Shown: piece by piece, positions 50,201-62,340 of the stretch
Numbering within the stretch: the stretch's first letter is position 1
Layout: each line of letters opens with the position of its first letter
Assembly: GCA_016748015.1 (NCBI GenBank)
Contig: JAAOMT010000697.1
Span: 1-64,000 of the forward strand
DNA length: 64,000 bases
Reading direction: 5' to 3'
Source of the DNA: Geosiphon pyriformis uo1
Taxonomy: Eukaryota; Fungi; Glomeromycota
Notes under the pieces: generated by a model
What the model was told of the DNA's origin: nothing
The model's input: the letters and a program-made list of their open reading frames with translations, nothing else
The model's database searches: none
Program-made: the position numbers and the translations under genes

Positions 50201-52311
50201 GCTGAATACTAAGGTTCGCATTTTTTTCAGAGACCGGGAGCATTCCACTGTCGCCGCTGCTAATTTACCTCAAAATGTTACCGAGGGCCAGTTGAAACAA
50301 CTATTTCATCAAGTATATTTTATTAAGAGGTTTTCAGTTGAACTTGTTCTATCTACGAATCATTTTAAAATATGCTCATTTTCGTCTTCTCTTAGTGTGG
50401 CAAAATACACTCAATTCGTATAATACCAGAGAGTGGAAAAGAAGAATGCACTGCTTATATCGAATTTATCGAAAATGTTGGTATTATTTAAGAATCGATT
50501 TCTCGCACTTTAGATTAATTCAAATTCATCAATGCAGAGTAGTGTCCTTATGGCTTTGACCAAAGACAAAAAGAGGATCGAGGACAAAGAAATATCAGTA
50601 TATCATCCAGCAGAGACTACTCTTTTTGTCACCAATTATCCGCCTAATATGGAAAAAACAGCTTTCAAAGAGATATTTGGACAGGTTCAAGCAATCAGAT
50701 ACTTGAAGCTATTTGTGAAATAATGATTATAATAACCTAAAAAATAATAATTTCCATTTTCTCAGCATGGTGAGATTATGGACATTCGCTTTCCAAATAA
50801 GTCCGTAAAAGGAGTCAATCGTAGAAGATTTTGCTATATAGAGTACAAGGAACAGGTTTGGAAATGGGCTTTTTGATATTTCGAGTTATTTCTTGCTCTT
50901 TTTACTAACACAATTTGTAATCATTTTGAGGACTCGGCTCATGCTGCTCTTGTTGAGGATGGTCGTTTATTGGAAACTGGAGAAAAACTTATTGTCAAAA
51001 TATCAGATCCTTCCCAAAGGAAGCCACGTGCACCACCATCGTTAGTATATTGAAAACTTTTTAAATTAATCTCAGCTCTTACCATTTGTCTGATATACTG
51101 ATGAAACTTATTCAATTTAGTAAAAACGAAATTTTCATTCGAAATCTTCCAGGTCAGGTTAATTCAGATGAGCTCAGGAACTTTTTTGAGACGGTGGGCT
51201 TTTTGAAAATGCCAAAATCTTATTTTTATACTATGATGATGCAATATTTGAACATTCAGGTATATATATTTAGTTCGGCCCGATCAAAGACGTTAGAGTT
51301 TCTTTATTCCCAGATGGTAAATGCAAGGGAACTGCTTTTGTTGAGTTTTTTCGAGAGGTATTTTGATTTTTCATGTCGTTGACTAAGGGTGTGATGTTTT
51401 TTTCATTAATATATGTTTTGTATATTATCAAAGGAAGACGCCCAGGCTTCAATCGCATTAAACTCGGCCGAATTTAAGGGCAATTTTATCAACGTCAAAA
51501 TTAATGACCCATATTACAATAAAACTATAAGGTGAAAAAGAATACATACAACATTAATTAATTCATCGTTCCCAAGTCATTTACTTTATCCTTTAATATA
51601 GTAAGGATAAGCAGCCAAGCCAACAAGCGAAAAATCGTGAACTTCCTCCCAGTGTCCGCGTCGAAGACTTGCCCAAAGATGTAACTGAAGAAATGTTAAA
51701 CGAACTGTTTTCTTTGGGAACCAAGGTATTACACTGAAATTACTGCGCAGGAATTCATATGTGTGTTCACATGATATTTATCCTTTCTAGAGTGGAAAAG
51801 TACATCAGATTAAGTTGCATCCCAAACGACATCGTGCTCAAATTGATTTTCTTGATAAAGAGGTACGAATACTGATATTTTACGATTTCAATAACCCTCA
51901 TGTTTACAAATCTTTATTTGACTTCAGGACCCAGCAAATGCGGAACTCCGGTTTGATAAATATGAATGGCATGGAACTACCTTGGCCGTGAAACAAATTA
52001 ATGATTCATCTTCAAGATTACTGGATAATACTTTGTCTTTAAGGTTTTATAAACGTCGACCCTTTTTTCCTTTCCCTATATTAAAATTGGTTATTGACAT
52101 TTGAATCCTTTCTTTTAGCCAACCAAGAGCAACTATTACAAGTTTGGTACCTTCAGTTATTAAAAGGGGCACCATATCCAAAAGAGGAAGAAAAAGAATC
52201 GGGGTGACCAACCCATCTTCATTGGCTGAACAACCTAGCACTAGTTTCAAGGATATATCAGTGGGAAATGATAACCAAATTGATGCAGTTGAAATGCTCT
52301 GCGACAAATGA
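47232..52311 (+). CDS. PRP24: Prp24/SART3 U4/U6 recycling factor (HAT repeats + RRMs), ~25 exons
   Basis: HAT repeats (NPYNYTTHVEYI, FPLSEDIWLQWIEDE, LFERAL, RSVRNCPWSGALW, TDWPERVFQAW). RRMs (TTLFVTNYP, IRFP...RRFCYIEY, EIFIRNLP, CKGTAFVEF). First in-frame stop of the last exon at 52311. Confidence 0.9.
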
Positions 52312-52584
52312 AGGAAAATTTAAAGATGACTTTTCGATCTAAATAATATCAACAAAAATGAAAGTTTATATATACACAATTTTAATTATTGGTCAAATGA
52401 CTCTTGGATGTTCTACTCGAAAGAATCCTCTGACAGCCAATGAAGCAGTTAATTTTATTCGGCTATTGTTAATTTCAGTCAGAATTTTCATACTGTAATA
52501 CTAAAGGATTCATTGAATACTCGCCAAATAAAATGCAATCCATCGGGTCTTATCCCATTTGGCAAATTGAATTACCGGAAAAAC

Positions 52585-53579
52585 TTATTGCACTGAGCTA
52601 TCCCCAACTATGTCATTCTGACCAGCATTTATGTTTTCATGCGCAATATTAAATGACCCATAAGTTTTGGTGGATCTTTTGCTGTGATTAGAACGAGAAG
52701 TTTTCGATCTATTATGATTCCTTTGAGCATTCCCACTCTCTACGTCTCGACAATCAATATGGTCCACCTCGGGTAGGTATGGTTCCTCATGAAACTCTAT
52801 ACTTTCATCCCTTAACAAAGCTTCACGTCGTCGTTTATCAGTGGTAACTATGATATAGGATATCAAATGAATCACGCAAAAAAGACAAGATGTGACGAGT
52901 AAAGTGATATGATATATATGGGTTGGACGTTTATGCTGGTAAAGGACGTTTGCCTTGAATATGATATAAATTGATGATCCCTGGATCCCAGTAAGAAGTT
53001 GATAATCAGTAGTGAAACATTAATTGCAAAGGAATACTATGTTATACAGGATTTTGGTCTCACCCCGCAAACCCCTCCTAGAATCCAACCGAGCTCTCGA
53101 AGCCAAAGCGAGGAATCAACCCCGATAACTGTAATGACACGCAATAACCCCAAGCCTAGCATATCCCATTCCAAATAATCCCAACGCCAATCTCCTGCGT
53201 TCCATGGACCAATGTGCACTAGAAGAATGGTACATACGGCAACAATTCCCAAGTCCACACAAGCCAACAAGAAAAGAATAATCAACAACTTTGGTCTTGG
53301 AGGTGGTTGAGCTAGACTCATATTAACTAAAAGATAAGGATCGGGAATTAAAGAATCATTGTCAATAGCTTCTTGTACTGTTAAAAGCGGTTCCAATTCA
53401 TCAGCGATTGCCTTGGAAGAGACGGCTGAAGTTTCGTGGTCACCACGCGTGTTGTGCGTAAAGGAGTTGGAGGAGGAAGGAAAGGGTTCGATCGGCGGGC
53501 TAGATATTATGCTTGATTTTTGTTTTCCTGCAGCTTCACTATATACACTCTTAATGGTTTTTTCTTTAATAAGTTCCAT
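52585..53579 (-). CDS. Four-TM membrane protein resembling a MENTAL domain (STARD3NL-like); 2 exons with intron ~52981-53062
   Basis: Hydrophobic helices LLIILFLLACVDLGIV, WDMLGLGLLRV, WILGGVCGGSSIYIIFKA and ITLLVTSCLFCVIHLISY. Sorting motifs ELEPLL and YGSF. Confidence 0.55.
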
Positions 53580-54594
53580 TCTTTTAATTTATTCTTGACA
53601 TATGATGATGTAGGATTCACTAATGAAAATTTATTAATGTAATACTAAAAGTTACAAAGAAATTTGGTATCTACTATATACAAACGTTTATCGTTTAAAT
53701 AGAGAACGACTGGGTTAAAAAGAGGTTCGTGATATGGTGTTGGTCCACCCGGAAAATTCTTGTTGATTAATATAATTAGGGCTTCAATATATATATTTGA
53801 ATTTATTATATTATTATTATTAATAAATCGATTATTTTATTTTATTGATTATTAGTGAACATTGGTATTTCAGGGATCAATAGTGTTTGTTTAATATTAC
53901 AATTGTATTACAATGTAATGTGATCATGATATTTGTCTAGACAAAAATAGTTAATATGAAACTCATCTACATTATTTACATCAGATCTATCATGGAACCC
54001 AAAAATTACAACAACATTAAAAGTATTTTAAAAAAAAACAAGGTAAAAAAATTGCTTTTTATATTTTCAAAATAAATAACTTTTAAGCACTTGAAGCTTA
54101 TCTAAAAAAAGAAATGATTAGTTATGAAATTTACCAAAAAGAAAATAATAATAATAAATATTAAAAAAAACAGAATAAAATGTGTTATTATTTAATAAAA
54201 AACAAATTATTATTACAATATTAATTTAAAAAAATCTATTATTTATAATCAAATTTATTATTATAATTTTTTTTTCTTTGAAATTGTTTTTTATATTTAT
54301 TAATAGCTTTGGCAAAATTTTTATTTTTTAAGTTAAAAATAATAGTTTTAATATAATTATATTTGTAATTAAAAAAAATGTAAATTTTATTTTTATTAAA
54401 TATATATAAAAAAACATGTATTTGTTATTTTTTGATTTTTAAAATAATATATTATTTTATATTAATTTATATATTTACATATTAATTTTTATATATATAT
54501 TTTAAACCATATATTTATTTATATATTGTTTACAAATTATATATTGCTTAAAAATAATAAAAACATTTTTATTTTTTTTTATTCAATCTTAATA

Positions 54595-57128
54595 TTTTTT
54601 TTTTTTTATTGTTTAATGAGTGAGGTCCAAACATTACCTAGTACAATACATCATAAGAAATCTAAACTAGACATGAATCATGCATTTTTTACATGTGACC
54701 AGTCACTCAGACCAATCAGAACTATACTAAGCATCTATAATAACTAATACAGAATCCCCAATACCTAAAAAAAATAAACAAGGTGCACAAAAGCCAAAGC
54801 TAATGCCAAAAGCCTCTGCAATACCCAACATCTTTATCACCTCTATAGAAAATAATAAAGAAAGACCACACATTAGGCCAGAAACAGAGTCATCTCTAAG
54901 AATCAGACCACGCTTCTCCATTAAAGCATGGTGACTTGCACGAACCAGCCAAACCTCATTCCTAAAAGCAAGACAAAAATTCCACACAAATTCCACCACT
55001 CTTTGACAAGCAATCTTCGAGTTCCTGAAAACCGAAACCACTTCCTGAAAGCAAAGTTTGAACATAAAGCCCTTACAAAATGCCGAACACAACAAAGTGT
55101 CAAAAACGCAAGAGAGCATAAGCTGAGAGTACTCTTCAGATAGCTGCATGCATGTTCAACAGCTGGGTGTGGATAGGAGTATTAGAACCACAAGAGAAAA
55201 CATGATCAGAAACTTCAACTTCACCACAATACAAGCATAAAACGTTGGGATAAGATCTACTATAAAGGCACTTGCGGACAGCAACAGACAGTCGATAATA
55301 TAAAGCCTTCATAAAATAAGTACGAGCACCAGCAGAACGTTTACCAGTAGAACTAGTGGCCATATGCATATCAGAATGCCACATAAGAGAAGACCTGTGC
55401 TAGTCCACATCACCATACAAACTGGTGGCCAAGACCCTAGAACCAGAACCAGTCTCCCATTGAGCATGATGAACACAATGGAAAATATCACAAACAAAAT
55501 ATCTAGAATTCCCAAAAACAGCCACACCACCCACCAAAATATAGCACACATTCACATGTAAAGGAAGAGAATGTTCAGACATAGTAGCAGCCGTAGTAAG
55601 AGCATCTACACATTCATTACCCACAATACCAAAATGTCTTTTGACTTTAAACTAACAGATGTTCAGATTTTTATTATGAATCAAGTCATAAATGTGACAG
55701 CGTTCTAACCAGTATCGATTTCGAAACTCCGAAAACACCAGACCCAGCTCAGATTTGCATGTATCCAAAGCTGCCTGACTGTCAGAAAACAAATAAACAG
55801 AACTAGAGGGGGGAACACACTCAAGAGCCAGAGCAATAGCCTGCAACTCTGCTATAGTAGAAGACACCAAACCAGAGACTTCAACACCCAAACCCAAATC
55901 AACACCATCAAAAAAAGTGGCAGCACTAGCCCACATGCCAACAGTATCCAAACCAGCCAAAGAATTATCAGTATAAACCGAAATGTTATCAGTACTAACA
56001 CTAAGCAGATGATCACGAATCTTAACAAATTCAATCAAATCCAGGACATTTCGAGAAGTAATCTCACCAACAGCAGAAGACGTGATGGAAACAGGAGCCA
56101 CCATGTTGATAAAAGAAACTGAAAAATCAAACCAAATAGAAACCAGCCCACGTGAATCCAACTGCTTCCAACATTTAAAGATTGCCCAAGTAAAAGCAGT
56201 CCCACTGTGGTTCCGAAGTTGGTCCACAAAAGCAACACCATAATGCCGAAGAGACAGAAGACATCTGACAAATCTAGACTCACCAAGAACAGATACCATA
56301 GGGGTTCTTTTCCAAAGATGAAAAGCATTGGCTCTAATGCCATCCAAAGAAAAATTATAATCATGAAATATATGAACCAAGCCTGCCAAAAAATTATCGG
56401 AAGCACCAACACCAATATGAGCAGGGGAGCTCAAGAAATGAATCGGATGCCAATACAAAACTTGCAAGTCATAAGATCTGTGAGCAAACAAATGACCCAA
56501 AATGCCAACTGAATTTGCAAAACTAACAACAAATGCCACTTTGTGTTCAGTCTGGATTTGTTCAAAAGTATTTAAGTCATACAATGAGAGGTAATGCAAC
56601 ACATCATTGGGAAAATCCAAAGGCAGACCAGATTTCGATTTCAAACTCTTGCAAATTATATTATCCCATTTGTTGTACACACTAGGAGGAACAAAGCTGA
56701 ACTGAGTTCTGTAATTCACAATAGAGTGAAGGACTAAAGACACCAAATACGAAAATTGTTTATCAGAGATGGCCTTTTTTAACACAAGATTAGCAAAAAA
56801 CTTGATGTTCAAGTGAGCTTTAGCAAGACTGGGTTTAGAAAGGCTCTCAATAGACAAAAAGATATCCAAATACTGATGAGATTCACTCTTTTTGGCCACA
56901 AATATAGGCATCCTATTTATCAAAAGAGAGAGATTCACAACCCGGCAGTTAATAGGAATAGCCACAGTTTTATTATTGTTAATTGAAATGTCATTAAGCC
57001 TGAAAAATTTGCTAGCAACATCTAAAATGTGTTGTGTTGTTGCCTGATTACTACCAATTCAGATTGTATCATCCACAAAAGTGCCAGCAGCAAGAAATGA
57101 AGTTAACCCAGCTTGAGATTCTATACAA
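54595..57128 (-). mobile_element. LINE 3' half (RT end, RNase H, Zn finger, 3'UTR, poly-A), interrupted by a Gypsy insertion
   Basis: T-tract at 54595-54607, 3'UTR, ORFs 54727-56965 and an intact FVDD near 57070. The sequence switches to the LTR at 57129. Confidence 0.93.
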
Positions 57129-57978
57129 TGTTACAGGTAACAAGTTCTGGTGTTGAATTAAATAACAACCTGTAATTTAGTGCTCAAAAAGCTATTTCCA
57201 TTGATGATGTTCTGAAAGTGTTGTATCTAAAAGTTTTGATGGAGTTCTTTGTATAATGGACAGAGATTCAATAGTTGTTTTATCTGTAGCTTCCCAGACT
57301 CGCAAGTTTGTCAATTTTTTTCTTGGCTTGGTGGCTGGCAATCTTCTGGTAAGTAATCCGTATCTTCTGTATGTGTCCTACCCACTTGCAGAGGTTTTTT
57401 ACCAGGCAATCCTTGATCTCAGTAATCAGCGCTTTTAATCAATTGGTTAGTGCACAATAACAAAATCACAGAAAAATAAAGAAAAATAAAGAAATCTAAA
57501 GAAATAAGCCAAGGCAATTTGCAGATTAGTATTCCATTAATAGCCATAATCAAGAGCTATTGTTTCAGTGTAGTTAAGTATTAATTACTATCAACATGAA
57601 ATGTTGATAGTGGAAAGTAGATTGAGATATGAAATAATTATTTATTTGATGATTGTGTTTTTAGACTAAGAATTCTGTGGTATCAATTCTGTCTTTTCTG
57701 TTTTTAACATTACTGCTATATATACATATTTAAGATTCCTCAATTCCTCAATTCCTTGTAACAGAAATTCTGGAATTCCTGAAATCCTGCGATTCCTAAT
57801 GAGAAAAATCCTGGAATTCTGGAATCCTGCGATTCCTCGTTGGGGAATCCTGAAATTTTTGGAATCCTGCAATTCCTTTGAGAGAAATTCTAAAATTCCA
57901 TATTTACTATGTCTATCTCTGATTGGCTAATATCTACTAACTAATAATACTATATTTTCCTATATTCTATGAGTAACA
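57129..57978 (-). mobile_element. 3' LTR (850 bp), type-A U3
   Basis: TGTTAC...GTAACA termini. TATA-like tatatatag at ~57715-57725 and GAATTC/GAATCC repeats at 57734-57900. Confidence 0.95.
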
Positions 57979-57994
57979 TTATTCCCTCCTTTTT
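57979..57994 (-). promoter_or_regulatory. Polypurine tract (AAAAAGGAGGGAATAA)
   Basis: Purine run immediately 5' of the 3' LTR on the minus strand. Confidence 0.88.
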
Positions 57995-58652
57995 AATATT
58001 GAGCTCTATTGAAATCTAATTCCTTTAATTCTCCCTCTTGAATTATTTCTTGAACTTTTTTTTCGAGTATTATTTGTGTTATTTGACTTTGTAATTCTTT
58101 AAATTGGGCATTGGTCATTTTTCCCAATTAATTACTCATAACTGTATCCATTGCTGTGTTGAATAAGATTTCTGGTCAGTCTTGAAATCTTATATATAGC
58201 CAGTAAATGGCTCGAGCTTGTGTGGTTAGATTGTTCTTTCCCACAAATTGTTCCAGTTGTCTTAGTATTGTTGTGTCGAATAACCATTTTGTTTTGTCAG
58301 TGTATAAATTCTGGATATTTACGTGTTGTCCCAAGTGGAAATGGCAATAGTTTTTTGGAAATTGTTGTGTCCACCAAGTCCAATTTTCTCTAGTAAGTTT
58401 TTGGTGTAGTCCGACTATTTGTTGTTCTTTTATGGCCAATTTTATCTTGGTCATGATCTTGTCAACAACATTTTCAAGTCTTTTCTGTATTTTGTGTTGT
58501 AGTATTTTTGCCATATTTTTGTAATGAATGGTTTGTCGATTGATTGTAATTTCTATTTCCTGGTGTTAGATTAATTGAAAAATTTGTTGGACTAGTGAAT
58601 GGATATTGTCTGTAATTTTCATTTTTCTGATCTTCTTTGTCACATCAACCAT
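57993..58652 (-). pseudogene. Extra Gypsy 3' ORF of unknown function (~219 codons)
   Basis: One frame from ATG 58652 to TAA 57993 that includes track ORF 58176..58514. It has three internal stops, each one transition from CAA, CGA or TGG. Confidence 0.65.
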
Positions 58653-58677
58653 GTTTCTTATATATTCTTTTGTCGAT

Positions 58678-60047
58678 CAATTGGATGTGTTGTTGTTGAT
58701 GATAATAATTGGTTCCAGATCTTGTGAAATCTCATTTGGTTGAACTAGTATTCTCTGTACTCCCAATTGTGGAATATTATTGGTAGATGCTGATGCTATC
58801 TGGTAATATAGTTTTAGTCAATCACCATGTGCTGCTTTGGCTAAGATTCTGTTGTCCAGTCTTAATTTGTAAGCTCCATTTCCTAGAATTTCTTTTATGT
58901 AAAATAATCCATCCCATTTGGAGTCGAATTTTCCACTCCATTGTTTTTTCGCTTTAGTATGATGTAGTAATACTTTGTCTCCAATCTTGAATTTGACTGG
59001 TTTGTTTGGTAGTTGACTATCGTGTCTTTTTTGTGACTTTTGAATATTATTAGCTGCTCTTCTTTGTTTGTTTTCCAATGTTTCCATTAAGTTATATGTT
59101 TTTCTCAGTAATGTTTTTTGAAAATTCTCTTCTGTTATTGATTCAGCTGAATATGTATTAATTTCTCTCTCTACTGGTAACATTGCTGTTCTTCTATACA
59201 CTAATTCAAATGGTGTTGCTTGTGTAGTATCCTGTTTTATTATCCGATAAGCAAATAGTATTGATGATATGAACAAATCCCAATCATTTTGGTTTTCTTG
59301 GCTAAGCTTAGCTATTGCTTCACACAATGTTCTATTGAATCTTTTGACTAATCCATTGGTTTGTGGATAGTATAGTGATGATAATGGTCTTTTAATTCCA
59401 AATCTTTGGCTCAATTTTGTTAATGTTCTGTTCACAAAATGAGTTTCTTGGTCTGATAATAATTCTTTTGGACATCCATGTTGACAAATCAAATTCTGAT
59501 GAATGAATTCGGCAATGGATTCTGCATCCGCTCTTTGAATTGCTTTTGCCTCTGGCTATTTAGTGAAATAGTCTATAGTTACTGCTATGTATCTGTTTCC
59601 TCTGCTGATAATTGTTAATGGTTTGACTAAATCAATTCCAATACGGTCAAATGGTTGTTCCACTTTGATTGGTCTTAATGGTTTACTGGGTCTTGTTCCT
59701 CCTTTTTGCTGACAAGCATCACAATTTTGAACATATTGAATGATGTTTGGATACATTAATGGCCAATAGTATCTCTTTCTGGTTCTTTCTATGGTTGCTT
59801 CTTTGTAAAAATGTCCTGCAATTGGATCTGAGTACATGTTGAATAATATTGTCTCTTTTTTTGGCTCCGTAATTACTCTGGTTGGTTGATCTGGATCCCT
59901 TCTATTTTTCCAATAAAGTATATTTTGGTAAGTGATAAAATATTTTGATTGTTGTTTGATACTCCTTTGTTTCATATGAGATAAATTCTTCTTGAACTGT
60001 TGAATGTTTAGATAATGTTGCAATTGTTGATATTTTTGTATGTTCAT
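58678..60047 (-). pseudogene. Gypsy integrase
   Basis: HHCC remnant (AGHF...RYYWP...CDACQ), IGIDLV, SDQETHF, PQTNGLVKRFNRTL, TPFELVY, KWDGLF (GPY/F-like). Confidence 0.93.
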
Positions 60048-60110
60048 CTTTTGTTGTATTTTTCCGTTGGTATTGTTCTGGTTTTATTATATTTTTGGGT
60101 TGAAATGTTC

Positions 60111-61500
60111 TTAGATTTGTCTTATTTGTGATAAACCGTCAGCATTTCTATTGTCTTTTCCCTTTTTGTAATGTATAGTATAATTGTATAGTGCGAGTGC
60201 CATTTTCCATTTTAACTGTTTTCCATCTCCAAATTCTTGTTTTTGAAGTGATGTTAATTCCTTGTGATCTGTGTATACTTCAAACTTCTGGCTCAAGTAT
60301 TCTTTCCATTTCATGATGGCCCAGTATATTGCTAAGTGTTCTTGTTCCAGTGTTCTATAGTTCTTTTTGGCTGGTGTTAAACTTTTGTTGGCATATGCTA
60401 CTGGATGTTCTCTGCCGTCCGGTCCTCTCTGAGATAATACTGCTTCCAATGCTTGGCTGGATGCATCAGTGATGATGATGAATGGTTTGCTGTAATCTGG
60501 ATAGATTAGTACTGAAGCTTGGATGAGCTTTTTTCTCAGAATATCAAAAGCTTTTTGTTGACTTTCTGTCCATTCATATTTTGCATTTTTGTTTTGTAGT
60601 TGATTGAGTGGCTGTGCTATCTTGGAAAAGTTCTTGATAAAATGATGATAGTAGCTGGCAAATCTCAAGAATAATTTCAGTTCTGTTATATTGATTGGCA
60701 TTGAAAAGTTCTTTACTATCTCTATTTTCTCTGGATCCGTTTTGATGCTGTCTTTGCTGACTATGTGTTCCAAGAATTTGAGTTCCGTTTTGCCAAAGAA
60801 GCATTTTGTCACATTCAACTTCAGTCCTGCACTTCTCAATCTTTCGAACACTTGTTGAAGATGATGAAGATGATCATCAAACGTCTTTGAGAATACATTG
60901 GTGTTGTCCAAGTATACAACTACTGATTTCCACAATAAGCCAGTATAAACGATTTCCATTAGCTGTTGGAAAGTTGCTGGGGCATTGGTTAAGCCGAATG
61001 ACATTACTTTAAATTCAAAATTATCTTCTCTAGTAGTAAATGCCATCTTTTCTTTGTCAGCTAGATTCATGGCTACTTGCCAGTAACCACTATCCAAATC
61101 TAATGTAGAGAACCATTTGTTCTCACCGAAAGCATCAAATAATTCCTGTATTTGTGGAGTTGAATAACTGTCTCCATGAGTTATACCATTGAGTTTCCTG
61201 TAGTCTACACAAAACTGGATTTTTCCATTTTTCTTATAGACAAGTACCACTGGTGACGACCATAGACTCATTGATGGTTGAATTAGCCCGTTGTCAAGCA
61301 TTCTGTTTATCTCTTGATGAATAATCTCGTGGCTGGCTGGCGGCACTCTGTATGCTCTTTGTTTGATTGGCATTGCATCTCCAGTCTTGATCTGATGCTA
61401 AATGATGTTAGTTTGGCCAAACTTATTTTCGCTGGCAAAGATGTCATTGAAATTGTTGAATAACATTTTGAGCTGCATACATTGGAGTGGATCTAAGTTT
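60111..61500 (-). pseudogene. Gypsy reverse transcriptase + RNase H
   Basis: PIKQRAYR, WSSPVVLV, FCVDYRKLN, LDLDSGYWQV, FGLTNAPATFQ, YLDN (D>N), ITDAS, YTDHK, NADGLS. Confidence 0.96.
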
Positions 61501-61929
61501 TCCATGTTCATTTGTTCCAATTGTTCTGGTTGGAGCAAATAACATTTGTCTTGTCCATAGATTGTTTATGATGTGATGTTAACATATCCACAAAGTTGTG
61601 AAAAGTCTGGAATGGAATTTGGTGGTTGGTCTTCCATTTTTGTGGTTAAATATCTGATGGTGGTTCCTTCTGGTATGTTAATGACATTGTCAGTATTGTT
61701 GTAGATGGGAATTTTTATGTAGCTATAGCTTTTGGCTGGTATGTGGAGATTGATCAGTCCAATCTCTCCTAAGTCACAAAGGTTTGCTTCAGCTTCAAAA
61801 ATCTGTTTTTGCTTCTTTTTCTTCCTTTCTATTGCTAGCATGTACTAGCTATATGGTGGAATGGAAATAGCTTGACCGGTTGAGATAATTTCTCCTTGGC
61901 CAACAATTTCTTCTTCCGCCATATTAACT

Positions 61930-62340
61930 AGTACATCTATTCTACCCATTGATTCAAATCCCTGTATTCCTTTTGCTGTTATCCCTAATTCTTCCCTGTT
62001 TCTCATTGACACTAATTGAGCTATTTTAACTAGAGGCAGAAATATTGCCTGTGCTATCTTTTCATTTGGCTCTATAATATAAATTTTTTCTAAGTCATTT
62101 TGTAGCATGGCGATGATATTTCCTACATATCCTGTGTCAATTATTCCTCCTCTTATATTAATCCCTCTTTTTGCTAAACTACTCTGGGATGCTAATTGAA
62201 CCATTGTTGTTGCTAGAATTTCCAGTGCTATTTTTAGATCAATGCAGGTGCACAAATGTGGTTCCAATTTGATGGCATCTTTTTCTGGATATCTTAAATT
62301 AAACCTGGTATCAGTATCATGCACGCGTTCTGACATAATA
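61930..62340 (-). pseudogene. Retrotransposon-encoded trimeric dUTPase
   Basis: All five motifs in order: DTRFNL, LASQSS, GIIDTGYVG, KIAQAI, KGIQGFES. Confidence 0.88.

Noticed and set aside
53860-53900. U3 snoRNA box A-like TTTCAGGGATCA
   Set aside because: Boxes A', B, C and D are not found at the expected spacing.
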